A stretch of 64,000 nt of DNA, from NCBI GenBank assembly GCA_963575745.1, contig CAUYUJ010000114.1:868001-932000 (forward strand). The letters run 5' to 3'. Position numbers and translations under genes: made by a program. The notes beneath the pieces were generated by a model that saw nothing but the letters and a program-made list of their open reading frames with translations, was not told the origin of the DNA and searched no databases. Origin of the DNA: Prorocentrum cordatum. Its lineage: Eukaryota. This document shows, in pieces, positions 41,050 through 52,536 of the stretch. The first letter of the stretch is position 1; every line of letters starts with the position of its first letter.

Positions 41050-41852
41050 ACCATGCATGCGCATCGTTCGGTATATGTTCAACACATATATATATATACA
41101 TACATGTGTTCATGTACATATGTGTATAGGTTCACACACATAACGTATGCATACACACTTGCATACATATATATATACAGACGTCCGTACATGCATATAT
41201 ATACATACATACATACAGCCATACATACATACACCCATACATACATACATACATGCATGCATGCATGTATGCATACATATATACATACACACATACATGC
41301 ATGTATGTATACATACATACAGGGATATACATACATACACACGTACACATACATACATACATACCTACATACATACATACATGCATACATACATACATAC
41401 ATACATACACACAAACACACACACGTATGTATGTGTGTACGTATGCATGCATGCATGCATATATACATATATATATATGTGTATGTGTGTATGTATGTAT
41501 GTATGTATATATGTATGCGTGTATGTTTGTTTGTTTGTATGTATGTATGTATGTGCATATGTATGTATGTACGTATGTATGTATGTATGCATGTATGTAT
41601 GTATGTGTGTATGTATGTATGTATGCATGTATGTATGTATGTATGCATGTATGTACGTATGTATGTAGGTATGTAGGTATGTAGGTATGTAGGTATGTAG
41701 GTATGTAGGTATGTATGTATGTATGTATTTATGTATGTATGTGAGTATTAATGTATGCTTGTATGCATGCGTGTATGCATATGTATGTATGTATGTATGT
41801 ACGTATGTGTGCATGTATGCATGCATGTATGCATGCATGCATGTATGCATGC

Positions 41853-41883
<31 letters not shown>

Positions 41884-42030
41884 TGTATGCATGCATGCAT
41901 GCATGCATGCATGCATGCATGCATGCATGTATGTATGTATGTATGTATGTATGTATGTGTGCATGTACGTATGCGTGTATGCATGTATGTGTGTACGTAT
42001 GTACGTGTGTACGTATGTACGTATGTATGT
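41050..42030. repeat. (CATA)n switching to (TATG)n, an inverted tetranucleotide microsatellite
   Basis: Direct reading. Polarity flips at ~41425-41475. Confidence 0.95.
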
Positions 42031-42264
42031 CTACCTATGTAAACGCCTGCAAAGCATGGATGCATACGTCTTTCTGGCGGCCCGCCGAGGCCCCGCGTGG
42101 AGGCGCGCGGCGTCGTTCCGCGCCCGGATCCTCGGCTGAGGCGGGCCGGGGCCCAGGGCCGCTCGCCCGCTCTGCCCCGTCCAGGGGTCGCTCGTTCTGC
42201 CCCATCCATGATGGGCCTGCTGTCCACCACCAGAGAGAGAGAGAGAGAGAGGGACGAGGGGGGG

Positions 42265-42309
<45 letters not shown>

Positions 42310-43015
42310 GAGGGAAGGGGAGACGGAGGGAGGGAGAAAGAGAGAGAGAGAGAGTCCAGCCGGACGAGAGGGAGTAAATAGGCAAACGGGGGGGGGCGCG
42401 AATGAGCTCGTGTAGCCGGCTTTCGGGCGCTTCCCGGCGTCGGAGGCGCCCCTGTGCTGAGGAAGGCGCCCCGCGGCAGGGGCGAAAGCCAGCTGCACGC
42501 GACAGAGTGCGGACACCCCCTACCCGCAGCTCCCAGACCCGCTCCTCCACCAGCACCCCCCTCCCAGGAGCTGAGTCGGGAGGAGGAGGAGGAGGAGGAG
42601 GAGGAGGCAGATCGTCAGGAATAGAGGAGGAGGAGGCAGAGCGTGAGGAATAGAGGAGGAGGAGGAGGAGGAGGCGGAGGAGGAGGAGGAGGGAGGAGGA
42701 GGAGGAGGAGGCAGAGCGCCGAGAAGGGGTTAGAAGGAGGAGGAGGAGGAGGAGGCAGAGCGTGAGGAATAGAGGAGGAGGAGGAGGAGGAGGAGGAGAA
42801 GGAGGAGGTGGAGGAGGAGGAGGAGGAGGAGGAGGAGGAGGAAGAAGAAGAAGAAGAAGGAGGAGGAGGAGGTGGAGGAGGAGGAGGAAGAAGAAGAAGA
42901 AGAGGGGAAGGAGGACCCCCTCCCCCCCCCAACTTATCGTCGTGGTGGTGGAAATCAGGCCCATCAATCCAGGGGCGCCCTGGCGGGAGGGTCGCTCGCT
43001 CTGCCCCATCCAGGG

Positions 43016-43177
43016 TTAAGTCGGGCCTGTCCCTCTACAGGGGGGATATTCAGAAATAGTCGACAAAATAGTCTGGGGAGTATTTTTTGACCATTCTTGA
43101 GCATTTTTTTGATAATTTTTGGTGTATTTTTAATTTGTCATCCAACATCGACCTGTAGGGGGACAGGCCCGACTCAA
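43016..43177. mobile_element. MITE family A, perfect 8-bp TSD
   Basis: TIRs, with ATCCAGGG at 43008-43015 and 43178-43185. Confidence 0.9.
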
Positions 43178-43949
43178 ATCCAGGGGCGCCCTGGCGGGAG
43201 GGGGGGCGGGGGCGATTTCGCTCCGATCGGTCCGGGTCGGTACCGGTTTCGGCCAGGTCGATGCTCCCTCGATGTCGGTGCTCCCGCGATCCGATGCGGC
43301 CCGATGCTTGCACGGCGCTGCGAGGCACCCGGGCGCAGGCGATCCGATTCGATCCGATGTCCCGATTCGATGCTGGCCGATCTCGAACGTATCCCTATCC
43401 CTAAGATTGACACGCCAAAAGGCGATGACAATCTTAGGGATTCGCCCTCAAAAAATAAGGGAACCCCTAAGATTGGCATCGTGATGAGGAGGTGCCCAGC
43501 ATGGGGATGGGGATATGTTCCAGGCTGGTAATGCCAGGAGGGGGGGGGGGGCATCCCTTCCGGGGCCCTCAGCTCTGCCAGATCCATGGCCTCCTCTTTC
43601 GGTGCGCTCCAAGGCCTGGGGCCGCTCTTTCGCCCTGCCTCTGCGGGGGCGTCCGGGAGGGGAGGAGTTGAGGGCCGCAGTGCACACGCCACAAGAGATG
43701 CCCCAGGCGCCCACTGGAGTTGATGGGCACCCCGCGAAGGCCAGAGTTGACGTGACAACATGCCCCATGACCCCCTATGTCATATGCCAAGATCTCTTCA
43801 CGTACGCGCCCGCTGTAGGGGGACGGGGGAAGATCTTGGCCGGGTCCACGAGACCTCTCAGAGTTCGTGGCCTCCTCTTTCGGTGCGCTCCCTGAGGCCC
43901 CCTTTCGCCAGCGCGCGCGGACGCTTCTGTGGCCGCGGCGCCCCCACTT

Positions 43950-44113
43950 GAACGAAGGATTGCAAAAAAAACGAAGGATTGCAAAAAAAACTCACTTGAA
44001 CGAAGGATTGCAAAAAACTTCTCGAGCACGAAGGATTGCAAAACAAAACCTCCTCGAGCACGAAGGGTTTTTGTTGCAATCCTTCGAACGAAGGGTTTTT
44101 TTGCAATCCTTCG
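43950..44113. repeat. Foldback array of CGAAGG(A/T)TTGCAAAAAAA units; related copy at 38940-39047
   Basis: Tandem units in one orientation are followed by TTTTTTTGCAATCCTTCG units. Confidence 0.8.
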
Positions 44114-44315
44114 CACCCCTCCTCGAGCGCACCCGGGCCCTGCACCCTGCCGGCGCCCAGGCCTCCCAAAGGGGGGGCGCTCCAGAGAGGGCCTCGCCGT
44201 CGGAGCGCGCCGCCGCTGGCGCGCCTCGCCATCTGGCGGAAGCCGTCGGCGGGCCCGCCGGCGGGAGGCGGCAGGAGCAGGCAGGGGACGTCGGCATCTC
44301 TGTGTCTCAAGTCAG

Positions 44316-44486
44316 CGGGCGAAGAACGGTATAAAGTCAACTTTTTCACTGTCGGGGGCCCCTGTCCCAGGGCGGCTGGAAAGTTTATACCCCTACGGTG
44401 CCACTGTAGGGGTATAAACTTTCCAGCCGCCCTGGGACAGGGGCCCCCGACAGCGAAAAAGTGTATGTTATACCGTTCTTCGCCCG
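44316..44486. mobile_element. Near-perfect ~170-bp palindrome (foldback/MITE)
   Basis: CGGGCGAAGAACGGTATAA...GGAAAGTTTATACCCCTAC-GGTGCCACT-GTAGGGGTATAAACTTTCC...TTATACCGTTCTTCGCCCG. Confidence 0.8.
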
Positions 44487-45027
44487 TCAATCAAGGGCCT
44501 GCGGAAGGGGGGCCGAGGCAGCCTGCGCCGCGGCGCCGCATCGGCGGAATTGACAGCACGATCTTTGGGGCCCTTGCCTCTGCAGAGCCGCCGCCGGCCG
44601 GCTGCAGCCCCCCTCCGAGCGAGGAGGTGGGATCCCGCCGTCGGCGGGATGCGCTCTGGAGCAGGAGCCAGTCGCCTCCGAGTGAGGAGGCCGCTTGAGC
44701 ACGGATTGGACGGGGCAGCTCCGAGATCTCGAGGGCGAGGGCCATGCGTCGGGTTCGGCTGGGTCCTCCGACCCCGTGTGCCTCAGCCCCATTTAGGGGA
44801 GGCCCCCACAGCAGCGGCAGGGCTCGACTCCAGTTCTTCCAAATCGAACCGTAAAGGAAGGCAGCAGTGCTGAAGTTTTTGCCGGTTCGGCACTGGGGGG
44901 CCCAGCCGGACCCTCGGACCGTCAAATTACACAACAGCGGTTCGGGATGAGAAGCCGGTCTTGGGGCCTCCCAGACCTCCCAGAACGTGTTCGTCTCGTC
45001 GTTCGAACTTTGAGGTCAGAGGTTCTG

Positions 45028-45170
45028 TGCGAGTTCTCCTTGTGTCCAGGGAGGAAACATATTGCATATGACATGTTTGGTGTTACCAGCCTTTTCGAAG
45101 GCTCGAGACATAATGTAGCTTGAGCTTTCTCATGAGCTTTCGCTCACCGCGGCCCGTTTTGGGCATCGGA
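45028..45170 (+). repeat. 5' LTR of old copia element
   Basis: Aligns with 49424-49567 (CCAGGGAGGAA.CATATTGCA.ATGACA...AGCTTTCGCTCACCGC.GCCC...TGGGCAT.CGGA) and is followed directly by TGGTACC. Confidence 0.85.
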
Positions 45171-45368
45171 TGGTACCACGGAGCAGTGGTACTACAACGA
45201 CCACGGAGTTCGTCACTGACGAGCAGATCTGCATCTGGCTGGTAGTGCTCAAGGACGCTGAGAAGCGCATGGTCCGCCTTGTGAGAGGTCTCGTCGTGCA
45301 GAACAGGCTGCGAGTGTTGAGGCACGAATTCGGCAACTATTCGAAGGTCTTGAAGCAGTGAGGACTTC

Positions 45369-45998
45369 ATGGCGACACCCGAGGAGATTTTTCGCAAAGT
45401 CGAGCTGCTGGAGCTCAACATCGCGGAGCTGATTCGAGAGGCACGAGAAGCCGGAAAGCGATTAGATCGGGTGCAAGCGGAAGCGGCTCGCGCCGTTGCT
45501 GGAGCGGCAGGATCTGTGATTGCAGCAAGAGCTGCGGTGGCTGCTGCAGCGGCCACTGCCGACGAGAGAGCGACTCCTTTCGAAACGGAGACCACAAATA
45601 ATATTGAAAGGTTCGACGGCAAGCAAGTGTCCTGGTCAGATGGGTGCTTCCTATTCAAGCGTTACGTGGCCTCACAGAACGGGCGCACTTTCGAGCTGAT
45701 GGGAGTGGCTGCGACCATGGACGAAGATATCATCATGGGCCGCACGTTTAATGACGAGAGGGCTGGAGACGACAGGAGGTCCAAGACCGTGTTCCACATG
45801 CTGACGGCCAGCACGACGTTGAAATTGAGAGCCTTCAAGCTGCTCAAGAACACGAAGTCGTCGAATGGGTTCGAGGCCTGGATGCAGCCGATCATAGAGT
45901 GCGAGTCCAGAGCCCGTGGACGGCACGGCGCATTGCGCAGCCGCTCGGCGTCGATGGTCCACGCTATTCTTGTCTCGGCGCTGGCGCAACGCCACTAG
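45369..45998 (+). pseudogene. Copia-type Gag relic
   Basis: Contains ERFDGKQVSWSDGCFLFKRYV and RAFKLLKNTKSSNGFEAW, a copia gag-like FDG..W / NG.EAW pattern. It starts ~200 nt after the PBS. Confidence 0.65.
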
Positions 45999-47797
45999 GA
46001 CATGGCTCGATAGAGTGGCTCCGACAACGGTGAATCAGTTGGCGATGGCCACGATGCATTTTGAGCTGCCCTGTGGCAGGCCCTTTGCCGCCCAGGAGGA
46101 TAGAACCCACCCTTGGCCTGACACGAGCGAGGAGGGGCACATCCACGCGAGCACGTTGGCATCGGCGCCCGACGTGCACCAGAAGAGCGACGAATTCGAC
46201 TACCGGGCGATAAGAATGCGGGGCAGGTGCAACCGCGTGCCCGCCAGAGATTGCGGCCAAGGGGCAGAACTTGCCTCCGCTGGAGCCTGCCGCGGGCTAG
46301 CAGACCACCCGCGAAGGCGCCTGCGAGAACAGTTCCATCGCGAAGGCGGCCAGAAGCGGAATAGATCGCGAAGTTCCGGCGCCTGGTGGCGAACGCGAAG
46401 TGCCCGACCGTCGTGCTGCAGGGCCTGCTTGAGGCAGGGATCGCGCCGAGGTGCGGCGTCTACGCGAGCGCGGTCGAGTCGCCCGGCGGACGTCTCTTCC
46501 AGCAGGCGCCTCAGGGGCGCATCTGGCACGCGCGGCCGCAGCGCGGGGCGACGGCCAGCGAGCTGGCAATTGCGATCGCACCGCAGAGGCAACCAGCTGG
46601 AGCGCATCCGACGCCGCCCCGCCCTCGAAGGACGTCGACTGTCGACCAGAGGTTGAGGATTACGATGTGCCAGGGCCCGCTGGGAGGGGGGGCTGCAAGC
46701 GCAGCGTCGGCGCCGGCGGCGTCGCCAGGAGCGGCCTCTTCGGCGGCTGCGTCGGCGCCGGCCCGTTCGAGGCTGGCGCGAGATCGCCGGCATATCACCG
46801 TCGACGCTCGGGGCGCGACCGGGCTATGTCGCTGCCTCGAGGCCCGAGCTGCACGGGCCAAGGGGGTGTCAGTTATGCCGCCTCGCGTCGAACGCCAACT
46901 ACATCGACTCGCCCATCGGGCGCGCCGATCGCGGCGCATGGCGCGCGTGGCTGGGGCAGGCCGAGAAGAAGTTCACCGCGGGGCGGGCCAGGAGAGGGGC
47001 GCGAAGCAGGACTGGATGGACTTCTCGCGTCCAGAGGTGCGAGGCACTGTCGACGCGATGACGCTGCCGGCGGTCGCGGACTTCGCGCCCACGGCCGTCG
47101 AGAGCGCCAGCGCCGTGGAGGAGGGGGCCGTCGACTGCGGCATTATGGCCCTGGCCCCGGCCCCCCAGTTTTGGCGCCCCAAGCGCGTCGCGGTGTCTTG
47201 CGACCAGGCGAACGCATCGCGGCGCCGGGCAGGGCAGCCGCGGCGGAACGCTGCGAGGAGGCGGCCACGCAGGCAGGGCCACGGCCCGACTCGAAGCCGA
47301 GTTGCCCGATTCAGGCCGCAGGACGTCGCGCCCAGCAAATGATCCGCACCTCGGTGAAATTCCTCATGGCGCCAACATCGCAGAATGGATTTCGCTCGGC
47401 AGACAGTCGAGCGGACCCGAAGTGCCCTTGAGAGTTTCGCTCCAGATTTCGAAGCGCATGTCGAGCGGGATTTTTGTTGGCCAGGAATGGACCTGCAAAA
47501 AATCTTCGTGGAATTAATTTCGTTGTCGCTAGCAGTTTCGGGGTGTTGCATTGACCGAAAACAAATTGAAAATCCTCTGCAGCGCGTCTGCAAAGCCGGC
47601 GCAGTGATATACCGTCCGGGCATGCTACAAAGTGGAGCCGAGGCTAGGCCTTAAGCGACCCTGGCAGCAGCTGGCTGGCGCGACGCGCTGGCCGGATCCT
47701 CGCGAGGTCTACTACGAGAGAAGACGCATTGACGCCGTGCCTCTGACTCAAAGAAAGAGATTACCATTGCCAGAACGCAGAGTTCGCGGAGACCGCG

Positions 47798-48850
47798 ATG
47801 CACGCGTTGCCTGCAGGCTCAGCAGGGAAGATGGAGGCCAGATGGGGCAAGAGCGTTTGGCTCGGCAAGGCGAACGTCAGCAACGAGCACGTGATAGGCG
47901 CGCCCAGGGGAAGGATGCTGGCGAGGTCCATCGCGCGAAGGCCCGACGAGCAGATGTGGAACGATTGCATCTTCAGCCGCATCGCGCGCGCGCCCTTCGC
48001 ACCACGGGAGGCTCTCCTCTACGCGGCCTGTCTTGAGGCAGAGGTACCTCGCCGCAGCGATTCTTGACAGACTCCAGAAGACTCCAGGGCGCGCAGCTTG
48101 TGACGAGACGAGCCAGCGCCGATCGGCCGAGTGCACGGCGCGTTTGGAGGCGCTGCTGGACGCGGAGGACATCGCGAAGTGACCGGTTGCGCAGGCAGGG
48201 TCGCGCGCCGAGACGCCGCCGCCAGCCCGTTTGGCGGACGGGAAGAGGGGCCAGCGCGCGCGTGTCCAATCGGCAGTCAGGCGAGGCCCAGCCCCGCAGG
48301 CAGTGGCAGCCCCTGCAGCGCCCGCGCAGCCATCGCGGAACGACGCTGCGGAGGCGCCCATGGCCGCGGAGAAGTACGTCGAGATGATGGGCAAGGGCAA
48401 GCGAGCGCGAGGCAAGTTGCTCCAGGATTGGGATGGCGGGGGCGGACAGCGCGAGGCGTAGGTCCATGGCCGCGCGGGCGGCGCACCAAGTGAGGGGCGA
48501 CAAGTTCGCAGGAACGCCCTCCCCCTGAAGTTCGCGAGGCCCGATTTCTCACTGGCCTCGCGAACTTCAGGGGCCAGACATCCATTCCGCGACGAGCTGG
48601 GTCAGGCGCTGCACGCATGAGCCTCTGGAGATCCGCGAGCTGAAGTTGAAGCGGCTGGCCGTGCACTTGGCGGCCTACCCGCAGATTGCGCCGCGCTGCC
48701 AGTGCCGGGAGGTGCCGGCGGACATCTCGATCGCGACCGACGCCGACTGGGCCGGCGACGAAGTCGCCAAGAGGGGCAGAGGAGGAGGAGGAGGAGGAGG
48801 AGGAGGTTTCGAACACATGTGGAGCGCTTACATCGACGGCTGGGCGGGGC
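47798..48850 (+). pseudogene. Copia pol relics (integrase C-terminal region; RNase H N-terminus)
   Basis: RWGKSVWLGKANVSNEHVIGAPRGRMLARSIARRP at ~47840-47945, and LKRLAVHL...IATDADWAGD at ~48646-48760, followed by a (GGA)n run. Confidence 0.65.
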
Positions 48851-49423
48851 AGCAGGCCGCGCGAGCGCTCGGCGGCGGCGAGGCCGAGTGCGCGGACCGG
48901 GATCGGTTTGCGGCAAGGCGTCGGCCGAATCAGGCACCTGGACGCGCAGTGATCGCGGCTGCAGAAGAAGGCGGCGAGCAGGGAGGTGCGCGCCAAGAAG
49001 GGAGCAACCCGCGAGAACGAGGCGGATCGAGTGGACAAGGCGCCGGAGCCGACCAGGCATCGCGAGCTGGCGAAGAGGCTGCCTGTGACCGTGCAGCATG
49101 CGAGGGGTTAAGCAGGGCGCAGCAGCGTGGCCAGCCACATGGGATCGACTTCGGCGAACAAGACTGCGCTCAGCGTGGTACCCATGGCGAGGTATGCCGA
49201 ACTCGTGCAAGTGACCGAGTTCTTTTCGAGTGCAGGAGTTTCCGCCCGCAGTGCGTAGGTGAGCCAAGAGCCGCGCAGCGCCAAACCGCAAAGACGCACG
49301 ATACGTTCACATCTGAAAGGACCAGCACGAAGGGGCACTTTACATAGCCTGAAGCAGGTGGCGATGGAGTGCTGAATGAGGGGAGCAGGCGCACGTGGCT
49401 GCTCAGCCGCGTGCGAGGAGGAG

Positions 49424-49567
49424 CGCAAATCTTCCCTGCGCCCAGGGAGGAATCATATTGCACATGACACGTTTGTGGTTACAAGCCCGATAGCAGGCTC
49501 GATAGAACATGTAGTTTGAGTTATCTCAAAAGCTTTCGCTCACCGCCGCCCTTGTTGGGCATTCGGA
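49424..49567 (+). repeat. 3' LTR of old copia element
   Basis: Homologous to 45028-45170, preceded by a purine tract and followed by the TSD TTCTG. Confidence 0.85.
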
Positions 49568-49754
49568 TTCTGGTTATTACCTAACATCGAAGACTGGTAG
49601 GTTTCTAGTGGTGTCAAAAGAGAGCAGCACATTACTTCAACATTACTTCAACATTACTCCACAGGGGGGTCTGGGCAGCCGTTGGGAGCAGTTGGGGGGC
49701 TGTTGGGGTTTGCCGGCGGGGATCGTTTTTCGCATACAGTCACACACTTCGTGC

Positions 49755-50108
49755 CCACTTCGTGCTCTTCGATTTCCCAGAACTCCATTCCCGGGCCACA
49801 TTTTGGATGCCCGGAGCCAACTGTAGGCCACTTCGTGCTCTTCGATTTCCCAGAACTCCATTCCCGGGCCACATTTTGGATGCCCGGAGCCAACTGTAGG
49901 CCACTTCGTGCTCTTCGAGTTCCCAGAACTCCATTCCCGGGCCACATTTTGATGCCCGGAGCCAACTGTGCCACTTCTGTAGGCCACTTCGTGTCTTCGA
50001 GTTCCCAGAATTCCATTCCTGGGCATGATTTTGAATGCCCGGAGCCAACTGTAGGCCACTTCGTGTTCTTCGAGTTCCCAAAATTTTATTCCCGGGCCAC
50101 ATTTTGAA
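49755..50108. repeat. Tandem repeat, ~73-bp unit x~5
   Basis: CCACTTCGTG recurs at 49755, 49828, 49901, ~49984 and ~50056. Confidence 0.9.
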
Positions 50109-50109
50109 T

Positions 50110-51326
50110 GCTGAGGCAGGCTGAGGCTGAGGCTGAAGCAGGCTGAGGCTGAGGCAGGCTGAGGCTGAGGCCGAGGCTGAAGGCAGACTGAGGCTGAGGC
50201 TGAAGCAGGCTGAGGCTGAGGCTGAGGCAGGCTGAGGCTGAGGCTGAGGCAGGCTGATGCTGAGGCAGGCTGAGGCTGAGGCTGAGGCTGAGGCAGGCTG
50301 AGGCTGAGGCAGGCTGAGGCTGAGGCCGAGGCTGAAGGCAGACTGAGGCTGATGCAGGCTGAGGCTGAGGCTGAGGCAGGCTGAGGCTGAGGCTGAGGCA
50401 GGCTGAGGCTGAGGCACTGAGGCAGGCTGAGGCTGAGGCTGAGGCTGAGGCTGAGGCTGAGGCAGGCTGAGGCTGAGGCTGAGGCAGGCTGATGCTGAGG
50501 CAGGCTGAGGCTGAGGCTGAGGCTGAGGCTGAGGCTGAGGCTGATGCAGGCTGAGGCTGAGGCAGGCTGAGGCTGAGGCCGAGGCTGAAGGCAGGCTGAG
50601 GCTGAGGCTGAAGCAGGCTGAGGCTGAGGCTGAGGCAGGCTGAGGCTGAGGCTGAGGCAGGCTGATGCTGAGGCAGGCTGAGGCTGAGGCTGAGGCTGAT
50701 GCAGGCTGAGGCTGAGGCAGGCTGAGGCTGAGGCCGAGGCTGAAGGCAGACTGAGGCTGAGGCTGAAGCAGGCTGAGGCTGAGGCTGAGGCAGGCTGAGG
50801 CTGAGGCTGAGGCAGGCTGGCTGAGGCTGAGGCTGAGGCTGCTGAGGCAGGCTGAGGCTGAGGCTGAGGCTGATGCAGGCTGAGGCTGAGGCAGGCTGAG
50901 GCTGAGGCCGAGGCTGAAGGCAGACTGAGGCTGAGGCTGAAGCAGGCTGAGGCTGAGGCTGAGGCAGGCTGAGGCAGGCTGAGGCTGAGGCAGGCTGATG
51001 CTGAGGCTGAGGCTGAGGCTGAGGCTGAGGCTGATGCAGGCTGAGGCTGAGGCAGGCTGAGGCTGAGGCCGAGGCTGAGGCAGACTGAGGCTGAGGCTGA
51101 AGCAGGCTGAGGCTGAGGCTGAGGCAGGCTGAGGCTGAGGCTGAGGCAGGCTGATGCTGAGGCAGGCTGAGGCTGAGGCTGAGGCTGATGCAGGCTGAGG
51201 CTGAGGCAGGCTGAGGCTGAGGCCGAGGCTGAAGGCAGACTGAGGCTGAGGCTGAAGCAGGCTGAGGCTGAGGCTGAGGCAGGCTGAGGCTGAGGAGGCA
51301 GGCTGAGGCAGGCTGAGGCTGAGGCT
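50110..51326. repeat. (GAGGCT)n / GCAGGCT satellite with higher-order repetition
   Basis: Direct reading. The variant block GGCCGAGGCTGAAGGCAGACT recurs. Confidence 0.95.
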
Positions 51327-51635
51327 GTGACTGCGACTGCCGTTGCCACTGCGACTGTCATCGCGAATGCGACTACGACTGCGAGAACAGCAGAATTCTA
51401 CAACTGGATTCTCATCCGAATCTTAAGGGGAATGCTTCCAGATATGCTCCTACACATCGATGTTAGGTTGCTTTGCCGGGATATTTTTTCTAGCGACAGG
51501 TCTCGACGAAAGCTTTGCAGCTACTGGCAGCGGGCAAGGCTCGACGTAAGCCCTGTCCCCGTTTTCTTCGGCACCACTGCGTGGTCCCCCTTCGATCCGA
51601 TCGATCCGATTCGATATCGCCTTCGGTCCATCTGA

Positions 51636-52536
51636 TTCTTAGGCTTACGCCACACCGCCGACCCCTTGTTTATGCCAATCTGGGGGTAGTAGAAGCTGCG
51701 AAGGGGTGAAAAGGCGAGTGATATTTGTTTGGTGTCTGTTCGCCGCCACCGCCAGAGGGTCTCGGGCAGTTCCGCGGGGGGGTCCGAGCGGACGGCGACA
51801 CCGCGAGTTTTGGAGCCACTTGGGGGCCGTTTCGGAGCCTCTGGGGTGCTTCTTGGGGGTTCCTTGGGGCGTCTGGGCGGCCTCGTGAGGGCCTCTGGGG
51901 GCCTCTTGGGGCACTCTTGGGGCCCCCTGGGGCTCCTGGGGGCAGAAAGCTAGAGTTTCAACATGTTTGGTCGCCCTCTTGGGCCCCTCTTGGTGCCGTC
52001 TTGGAGCCCTCTTGGGCCGTCTTGGGGACCTCTTGGGCCGTGTTGGGGCCGTCTTGGGCCGTCTGGAGGCCGTCTTGGGGGCCTCTTGGGCCATCTTGGG
52101 GCTGTCTTTGGGGCCTCTTTGGCCGTCTTGGAGCGTCGGGAAGCCGAAAAGGCGGAAAAGCAAAAAACATCGAAAAACACTATGGAAAATCAACAATTTT
52201 AGACTCTTGGGGCCCTCTTGGGAGGCTTGTTTGGGACCTCGGGGGCCGTCTTGGAGACCTCTTGGCCCGTCTTGGGGCCATCTTGGGCGTCTTGGAGCGG
52301 TCGTTTGGCGTCTCGGGGCCTTCGTGGGCCGTCTTGGAGGCCTCTTGGGGGCTTCTTGGCCCGTCTTGAGGCCCTCTTGGGCCCGGAAAAGCCCCGTGAA
52401 CCGCTCGTCCCGGCCGTGCTGCGCTCGTGCCGGACCCCCCCCCCCCCTCCAAATCGACCGGACCGGGCTCCCGGGGGAGGGGTTTGGGGAGGGGGAAGCA
52501 TCTCACACGCCGATGATCCCCAAGGGGTCGGCGGAT
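51636..52536 (-). mobile_element. Non-autonomous Helitron2/Helentron-like element with an internal ~11-bp minisatellite
   Basis: Perfect 13-bp asymmetric inverted repeats CCGCCGACCCCTT (51655-51667) and AAGGGGTCGGCGG (52522-52534). On the minus strand the 3' copy is followed by a GGC-GTAA-GCC hairpin. Confidence 0.55.

Larger units (their letters stand above)
45028..49567 (+). mobile_element. Degenerate Ty1/copia LTR retrotransposon with both LTRs and a 5-bp TSD
   Basis: Diverged direct repeats at 45028-45170 and 49424-49567, with TTCTG at 45023-45027 and 49568-49572. PBS-like TGGTACCA at 45171 and PPT GAGGAGGAG at 49415-49423. Internal relics of gag, integrase C-terminus and RNase H (TDADWAG) are present. 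Confidence 0.85.
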
